In this document: positions 34,810 to 39,793 of the stretch, piece after piece
How positions within the stretch are numbered: position 1 is the first letter of the stretch
Layout of the letters: each line of letters begins with the position of its first letter
NCBI GenBank assembly: GCA_030618505.1
Contig: JAUXDF010000001.1
Location: 1-39,793 of the forward strand
Length of the DNA: 39,793 nucleotides
Source of the DNA: Spongiibacteraceae bacterium
GTDB taxonomy: Bacteria; Pseudomonadota; Gammaproteobacteria; Pseudomonadales; PIVM01
Direction of reading: 5' to 3'
Notes under the pieces: generated by a model
What the model saw: only the letters and a program-made list of their open reading frames with translations
Told to the model about the DNA's origin: nothing
Database searches by the model: none
Translations under genes and position numbers: made by a program

Positions 34810-35505
34810 CTATTTTGGTAAATCTGACTGATCTACAACCAGGCCTGGGCCCATAGTTGTAGAAAGGGTGATCTTTTTCAGGTACACACCTTTTGCAGAA
34901 GCAGGCTTTGCCTTCTTTAGGTCGGCTAGCAATGCCTCAAGATTCTCTTTTACCGCTGATGCGTCAAAAGCAACTTTACCAATAGATCCATGGATAATGC
35001 CGTTTTTATCGGTACGGTAGCGCACCTGTCCGGCCTTGGCATTTTTGACAGCAGTAGCTACATCAGGGGTGACGGTGCCGGTTTTTGGGTTAGGCATCAA
35101 ACCACGAGGGCCCAATATCTGTCCCAGCTGACCTACAACTCGCATTGCATCCGGACTGGCAATAACAACATCAAAATCAAGGTTGCCGCCCTTAACTTCT
35201 GCAGCCAGCTCATCCATACCAACAATATCTGCACCGGCTTCTTTAGCAGCATCGGCATTTGCACCCTGGGTAAAAACTGCAACCCTAACCTCTTTACCTG
35301 AACCATTAGGCAAAGTTGTCGCACCACGAACCTGTTGATCAGATTTACGCGCATCAATGCCCAGATTAACGGCGACATCAATACTTTCAGCAAATTTTAC
35401 TGTGGATAGCTCTCTCAACAGAGCAACCGCGTCAGCCACCAAGTAAGATTTACCGGGCTCGACCTTTTCGCTAATTGCACGTTGACGTTTGGATAATTTA
35501 GCCAT
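34810..35505 (-). CDS. rplA: 50S ribosomal protein L1
   Basis: 231 aa with [11 protein letters not shown]...[20 protein letters not shown]... TAATG overlap with the rplK stop. Confidence 0.98.
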   Translation of the reverse strand: MAKLSKRQRAISEKVEPGKSYLVADAVALLRELSTVKFAESIDVAVNLGIDARKSDQQVRGATTLPNGSGKEVRVAVFTQGANADAAKEAGADIVGMDELAAEVKGGNLDFDVVIASPDAMRVVGQLGQILGPRGLMPNPKTGTVTPDVATAVKNAKAGQVRYRTDKNGIIHGSIGKVAFDASAVKENLEALLADLKKAKPASAKGVYLKKITLSTTMGPGLVVDQSDLPK

Positions 35506-35939
35506 TACTTGACGCCCTCCACTTCAATTCCTGCACTACGAGCACTACCGGCAATTGTACGTACGGCGGCATCCATATCAGCCGCTGTAAGATCCGGCAT
35601 TTTGGTGGTGGCAATATCCTCGAGCTGTGCTCGATTTACTTTGCCAACCTTTTTAGTGTTAGGTTCACCGCTTCCCTTCTTCAATCCGGCGGCTTTACGC
35701 AACAGCACGGATGCAGGAGGGGTTTTTGTGATAAAAGTAAAACTGCGATCAGCATAGACTGTAATGACAACAGGAATAGGCATTCCCTGTTCCATTTTCT
35801 GGGTTTTTGCATTAAAAGCTTTGCAAAACTCCATGATATTAACGCCGTGCTGACCCAAAGCCGGACCCACAGGTGGACTAGGGTTAGCCTGACCTGCTGC
35901 AACCTGCAGCTTGATATAGGCTGTTATCTTTTTAGCCAT
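35505..35939 (-). CDS. rplK: 50S ribosomal protein L11
   Basis: 144 aa starting [44 protein letters not shown]. Confidence 0.98.
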   Translation of the reverse strand: MAKKITAYIKLQVAAGQANPSPPVGPALGQHGVNIMEFCKAFNAKTQKMEQGMPIPVVITVYADRSFTFITKTPPASVLLRKAAGLKKGSGEPNTKKVGKVNRAQLEDIATTKMPDLTAADMDAAVRTIAGSARSAGIEVEGVK

Positions 35940-36097
35940 TTTATATACTCCTCTTGGGTAATATCGCTCAGTTTTAAGTTCTAAAAAGCCTGGCTTTATC
36001 GACGATAAGCGACTCTCTTTGAACCCGACCCAGCTCCCCTGGTTATACTACATTACAGTTTTACTACTTGTTGCTGCTTGGCTCTCACCACTTTAAA

Positions 36098-36133
36098 AGC
36101 AGGCCTTTACAACAAACACACACCAAAAGGCCT
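36098..36133 (-). terminator. Candidate weak terminator/attenuator hairpin between nusG and rplK
   Basis: 8-bp stem aggccttt (36101-36108) / aaaggcct (36126-36133) with a 17-nt GU-rich loop. On the minus strand it is followed by GCTTTTA. It starts about 50 nt after the nusG stop. The loop is large and the U-tract short. Confidence 0.3.
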
Positions 36134-36182
36134 TCCTCCATCAGACAAAAGAAAGGTTGTTTAGTGCAGATACTTTTCTTAC

Positions 36183-36716
36183 TCAGGTCTTTTCGACCTG
36201 GCCAAACTCTAACTCTACCGGCGTTGCACGTCCAAATATTTGTACGGCTACCTGCAGACGACTACGATCGTAATTAACTTCTTCGACAACAGCATTAAAG
36301 TCGTTGAAGGGACCATCGGTGACTCGAACCACTTCACCAGGCTCAAACAAGGTCTTCGGCCGAGGTTTTTCAACGCCATCTTCAACCCGCTGCAATATTG
36401 CATTGGCCTCAGCTTCGGTAATAGGTGCCGGCTTATCAGCCTTACCACCGATAAAACCCATCACCCGAGGGGTATCCTTAACCAGGTGCCATGATTGATC
36501 ACTCAATTCCATCTGCACGAGGACATAACCCGGGAAAAACTTTCGTTCACTTCGGCGTTTCTGACCACCGCGCATTTCGATGACCTCTTCGGTGGGCACC
36601 AAAATATCGCCAAACAAATCCTGCAAACCATCCAGCTCTATACGCTCTTGCAGGGCAAGCTTTACTTTCTTTTCATAGCCGGAATAGGCATGTACCACAT
36701 ACCAACGCTTACTCAT
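36183..36716 (-). CDS. nusG: Transcription termination/antitermination factor NusG
   Basis: 177 aa with [18 protein letters not shown]...FPGYVLVQM...[14 protein letters not shown] (KOW domain). Confidence 0.98.
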   Translation of the reverse strand: MSKRWYVVHAYSGYEKKVKLALQERIELDGLQDLFGDILVPTEEVIEMRGGQKRRSERKFFPGYVLVQMELSDQSWHLVKDTPRVMGFIGGKADKPAPITEAEANAILQRVEDGVEKPRPKTLFEPGEVVRVTDGPFNDFNAVVEEVNYDRSRLQVAVQIFGRATPVELEFGQVEKT

Positions 36717-36725
36717 GTATCACCT

Positions 36726-37094
36726 CTAACCAATGATCAAGGAGACAAGCCAACCCAGTAGCGAATCAAGTGCCCATAATACAAGCGCCATCAACAACAC
36801 TACTGCCACGACTATCAGGGTGGTCTGATTCGTCTCTTGACGAGTTGGCCACACCACCTTACGAATCTCTGTTCTGGAATCTTTAATCAGCCGCCACAAA
36901 GCTGCCCCTGGGCCTGTTTGCATAGCAACAGCCACTGCTACAGCGCCCAACACTAACAAAGCTAAAACACGATATAGCAGTGACTCATCCGCGTAGTAGT
37001 TGTTACCAACCACTGCAACGACGAGCAAAGTGATGGCTACCGCCCACTTCAATGGATCAAGTCGGCTAGCGCTATTTTCTTCCTTTGTATTCAT
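36726..37094 (-). CDS. secE: Preprotein translocase subunit SecE
   Basis: 122 aa with three hydrophobic segments and ...RTEIRKVVWPTRQET... Located immediately upstream of nusG. Confidence 0.95.
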   Translation of the reverse strand: MNTKEENSASRLDPLKWAVAITLLVVAVVGNNYYADESLLYRVLALLVLGAVAVAVAMQTGPGAALWRLIKDSRTEIRKVVWPTRQETNQTTLIVVAVVLLMALVLWALDSLLGWLVSLIIG

Positions 37095-37222
37095 ATGCGT
37101 TTTAGCTTGCCTTCAGCAAAAATAAGTGGCTATAACGCAGGCTAATTAATTGGCATGCGTTACTTTACTGCTATTATTACTTTCTATAACGCTGATATAC
37201 ACATTACAACGTTATTACAATA

Positions 37223-37298
<76 letters not shown>

Positions 37299-37402
37299 TA
37301 AAAACTGCTAGGACTATACAAGTAAAGTGTGCGAGTTAAAACAGCCAAAGCCGCTTATACCTGCAAATTACTTGCACTCCAAGCAAACACCGAAGCATCT
37401 AA

Positions 37403-37478
37403 TGGAGCTCATAAGCGGATTTGAACCGCTGACCTCACCCTTACCAAGGGTGTGCTCTACCAACTGAGCTATATGAGC
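37403..37478 (-). tRNA. tRNA-Thr (anticodon GGT)
   Basis: 76 nt. Acceptor GCTCATA/TATGAGC, anticodon stem CACCC/GGGTG with loop TTGGTAA, T arm AGCGG-TTCAAAT-CCGCT, encoded CCA. Confidence 0.93.
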
Positions 37479-37513
37479 ACTATTGAGCGACCTTCAACAA
37501 GTTACCCATAACT

Positions 37514-37587
<74 letters not shown>

Positions 37588-37613
37588 AATGCCACACTTA
37601 CTTCGTCTACTAA

Positions 37614-37697
37614 TGGTGGTGGGGGGTGGATTCGAACCACCGAAGCTTTCGCGTCAGATTTACAGTCTGATCCCTTTGGCCACTCGGGAACCCCACC
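37614..37697 (-). tRNA. tRNA-Tyr (anticodon GTA), type II with a long variable arm
   Basis: 84 nt. Acceptor GGTGGGG/CCCCACC, anticodon stem TCAGA/TCTGA with loop CTGTAAA, long variable arm, T arm GGTGG-TTCGAAT-CCACC, encoded CCA. Confidence 0.93.
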
Positions 37698-37711
37698 AAA
37701 AAGAGCGGCAT

Positions 37712-37740
37712 ATTCTGCTTATGAGCACACGCCTTGTCAA
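37712..37740 (-). promoter_or_regulatory. Candidate internal promoter ahead of tRNA-Tyr
   Basis: On the minus strand: TTGACA (37740-37735), a 17-nt spacer, then CAGAAT (37717-37712), followed by a GC-rich ATGCCGCTC discriminator. It sits in the 98-nt spacer between tRNA-Thr(UGU) and tRNA-Tyr. Confidence 0.4.
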
Positions 37741-37795
37741 CCGCTTTTTGGTAAATATTGGTTTTTTGATCTTTGGGGGTAAAAATAGGTAAAAA

Positions 37796-37871
37796 TGGAG
37801 CTGGCGAGAGGAGTCGAACCCCCGACCGGCTGATTACAAATCAGCTGCTCTACCAACTGAGCTACGCCAGC
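37796..37871 (-). tRNA. tRNA-Thr (anticodon TGT)
   Basis: 76 nt. Acceptor GCTGGCG/CGCCAGC, anticodon stem GCTGA/TCAGC with loop TTTGTAA, T arm GGGGG-TTCGACT-CCTCT (two G-U pairs), encoded CCA. Confidence 0.88.
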
Positions 37872-37901
37872 TAAACATTTTCGCTATGAAAGCGAGGCGG
37901 C

Positions 37902-37930
37902 ATTCTATTCGATGTTTTCCATTGGCGCAA
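37902..37930 (-). promoter_or_regulatory. Candidate stringent-type promoter of the tRNA cluster
   Basis: On the minus strand: TTGCGC (37930-37925), a 17-nt spacer, then TAGAAT (37907-37902), followed by a GC-rich discriminator GCCGCCTCGC. An A-tract (aaaataaaaaaaa, about 37945-37957) lies at UP-element distance. The tRNA-Thr 5' end is about 24 nt downstream of the predicted start. Confidence 0.55.
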
Positions 37931-38765
37931 CTTGTTCACAGGGATTTTTTTTATTTTGTAGAATTTCAAAATCTTTAGACAATTCTTTGAACAGCGCTGC
38001 ACTTAACTTCGACAGCTGGTCGGGCTGCAACACCACCCAAAACTGAGCTCTAGTCTTTTGCTTTGGCAATAAACGAGCATCATAGCCGCCTTTAATACGA
38101 TCGTTTTGCACGCGTTTTGCTGATTTTTTATGCTTAAAAAACCCCAATGAAATGCCGTTGCTAAATTCCCCTTCGGTAATGACAAAAGAGTCAATTTTTT
38201 CAGCCTGCAGTTTCCGCAACACAGTAAGCGCCGCTCTGCGTGAGCTGAGCGGCTCTAAATAAACCCAAAAAATTGTATCCGCAGCGACAATTTCTTTTTT
38301 TACACTACCTTCTAACTCAACAGTACTCAAACGATAGTGAAATTGCTTGGCGGTAACAACATCATTAAAAGCCCCTAGAAAGCCACAAACGGGATCCACC
38401 TGCTCGAGAGGCGGGGATTCTTCCACTACACCGACAAGACTTTCTGACTTGTGAGACTCAAGTAAGACATCACCTGGTAATGCTGACTCTTTATCAGCAA
38501 GCTCTGCATGGTCAAAACGCTCCTCATAAGCGACCGTTTGCTCTGGCGCGCTTAATGCCGTGTTTTGCTCTGCAATATCAGCTGGCGGCTTCACAGACGC
38601 GGATGGAAGCTCATTTAGAAGCACAAGCCCCGGCGTGCCTTCACCAACCTGCATTTTCGAAGCATAAGCACCTACCTCAACGCCGATAGTTTCCCGGCTT
38701 TGGTAGCTATACCACCAATAAACGATACCATTGAATATCATTATAAAAATAAACAGCCAGCGCAT
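37905..38765 (-). CDS. SPOR-domain-like membrane-anchored protein
   Basis: The track ORF starts at TTG 38771. The ATG at 38765, with AAGGA 8 nt upstream, is more likely. It has an N-terminal TM helix WLFIFIMIFNGIVYWWY and an acidic/Pro-rich linker. The C-terminal region (FLGAF...FWVYLEPLSSRRAALTVLRKLQAEKIDSFVI...GISLGFF) resembles a SPOR peptidoglycan-binding repeat. Its position between coaX and the tRNA cluster matches pseudomonad synteny. Confidence 0.55.
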   Translation of the reverse strand: MRWLFIFIMIFNGIVYWWYSYQSRETIGVEVGAYASKMQVGEGTPGLVLLNELPSASVKPPADIAEQNTALSAPEQTVAYEERFDHAELADKESALPGDVLLESHKSESLVGVVEESPPLEQVDPVCGFLGAFNDVVTAKQFHYRLSTVELEGSVKKEIVAADTIFWVYLEPLSSRRAALTVLRKLQAEKIDSFVITEGEFSNGISLGFFKHKKSAKRVQNDRIKGGYDARLLPKQKTRAQFWVVLQPDQLSKLSAALFKELSKDFEILQNKKNPCEQVAPMENIE

Positions 38766-38816
38766 GATCAATCCTTTTTAATTAACTTTTTCAGCTGATG
38801 TCGCGGTCAGTCTTGC

Positions 38817-39569
38817 TCAAACCTCACCTTCTAACCGAGCCTGTTCGCAATAAGCTAAACCTTCCATCACTAAATCAGGGTAACACTCGGCTTTATAGCT
38901 CAAATGATTCACAACGAGCTCAGCATCTCCACCCGTGAGATACAAGCCGGATTGCTCTCCGTAGTCATCACGAAACTTTTCACATAAAGAATTCAACCAC
39001 GAAACAACCATAGATAAACTACCATGATTCACGGCCTGCTGCGTATCACGGCCAGGCAAACAAGAATCAAGTTGTCGATCAAGAGAAAAATAAACCCGCT
39101 CGGTAGAATGAAAAAGGGATTTTTTTAATGTATTAAAACCAGGCACGATATAGCCACCCTGATGTAAACCCTGTGGATTTATAAAATCTACAGTGATCGC
39201 ACTCCCACAATCAATAACACAACAAGGCTTCTTTGCCACATTAAACCCAGCGACCATCGCCAGCCATCGGTCAACGCCCATTTTTGTCGGATCCTCATAT
39301 GCGTTAACTACTCCGGCACATTGCTTTAGCGTTTTTGCCGTAAAAAAAACAACACCCTTCGAGCTGCAAATAGCTTCTATCTCTCTTTCGATATCGGTGC
39401 TACGCACACTTGCTAATCGTACCTTATCGGCACCAGTCACGATTTCTGCAACTTTATCCTTAAGATTCTTTTCTTCGAAAAGAAACACCCCTCGATCTTG
39501 GATTGTAGAAAAATCGTCGATAATACGCCATTTTGCGCGAGTATTTCCAAGATCAAATTCAAGAATCAT
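38817..39569 (-). CDS. coaX: Type III pantothenate kinase
   Basis: 250 aa with MILEFDLGNTRAKWRII...VIDCGSAITVDF...TGGDA, the CoaX (Baf) signature. It has a 4-nt overlap with birA. Confidence 0.92.
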   Translation of the reverse strand: MILEFDLGNTRAKWRIIDDFSTIQDRGVFLFEEKNLKDKVAEIVTGADKVRLASVRSTDIEREIEAICSSKGVVFFTAKTLKQCAGVVNAYEDPTKMGVDRWLAMVAGFNVAKKPCCVIDCGSAITVDFINPQGLHQGGYIVPGFNTLKKSLFHSTERVYFSLDRQLDSCLPGRDTQQAVNHGSLSMVVSWLNSLCEKFRDDYGEQSGLYLTGGDAELVVNHLSYKAECYPDLVMEGLAYCEQARLEGEV

Positions 39570-39793
39570 GGGGCAGCACGCAACGAGATTTCTCCACCAT
39601 TAAAGTACCTGCGAGCGCCCTCGACATCCACGCAAAGCGCCCCCTTATCGTTTACGCCACAGGCAATGCCTGTGATTACGCTATCCCCCTGCTTCAATAC
39701 TACCTCTTTACCCTGATAGGCATCCAGCTGCTGCCAACCCTGTCGATAAGAAGCAAAGTTTGTATTGTCATATTGCGATATAACTAACATGAG
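39566..39793 (-). CDS. birA: Biotin--[acetyl-CoA-carboxylase] ligase BirA, C-terminal fragment (gene continues beyond the window end)
   Basis: Its C-terminal ...GKEVVLKQGDSVITGIACGVNDKGALCVDVEGARRYFNGGEISLRAAP matches the BirA C-terminal SH3-like domain pattern. birA-coaX adjacency is conserved. Confidence 0.8.
   Translation of the reverse strand, partial: LMLVISQYDNTNFASYRQGWQQLDAYQGKEVVLKQGDSVITGIACGVNDKGALCVDVEGARRYFNGGEISLRAAP

Noticed and set aside
37130-37192. 9-nt direct repeat ctataacgc (GCGTTATAG on the minus strand) at 37130-37138 and 37184-37192, between tRNA-Trp and secE. Possible secE-nusG promoter elements.
   Set aside because: I could not assemble a convincing -35/-10 pair, since the best TTGTAA/TATAGA spacing is only 15 nt. 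A single 9-mer duplication is weak evidence for a regulatory site.

Overview
This window is almost entirely the conserved gammaproteobacterial translation/transcription supercluster, nearly all on the minus strand. In transcription order (high to low coordinates): birA (3' end), coaX, a SPOR-like membrane protein, and tRNA-Thr(UGU)/Tyr/Gly/Thr(GGU) followed by tRNA-Trp. Then come secE-nusG, rplKAJL, rpoBC, rpsL-rpsG-fusA-tuf, and the S10, spc and alpha ribosomal-protein operons down to rplQ. Beyond rplQ lie convergent uvrA (+), divergent ssb, an RmlD-like SDR-fold gene, moaB and the 5' part of moeA. Gene order and the 407-aa EF-Tu suggest a Pseudomonas/Cellvibrio-like marine gammaproteobacterium, but that is a low-confidence inference. 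All r-protein genes look intact, with no frameshifts or insertions. I found no mobile elements, CRISPR arrays, defence genes or other accessory cargo, and I see no evidence for a novel biological system here. The findings are small-scale, low-to-moderate-interest oddities: a composite palindromic intergenic element, terminator/promoter overlaps, promoters embedded in coding sequence, a missing tufB copy, an EF-Tu insertion and a divergent RmlD-like protein. Several ORF-track starts are over-extended through alternative start codons and are corrected below. Coordinates of non-CDS features were hand-indexed and anchored to ORF-track stops and starts, so they may be off by 1-2 nt.
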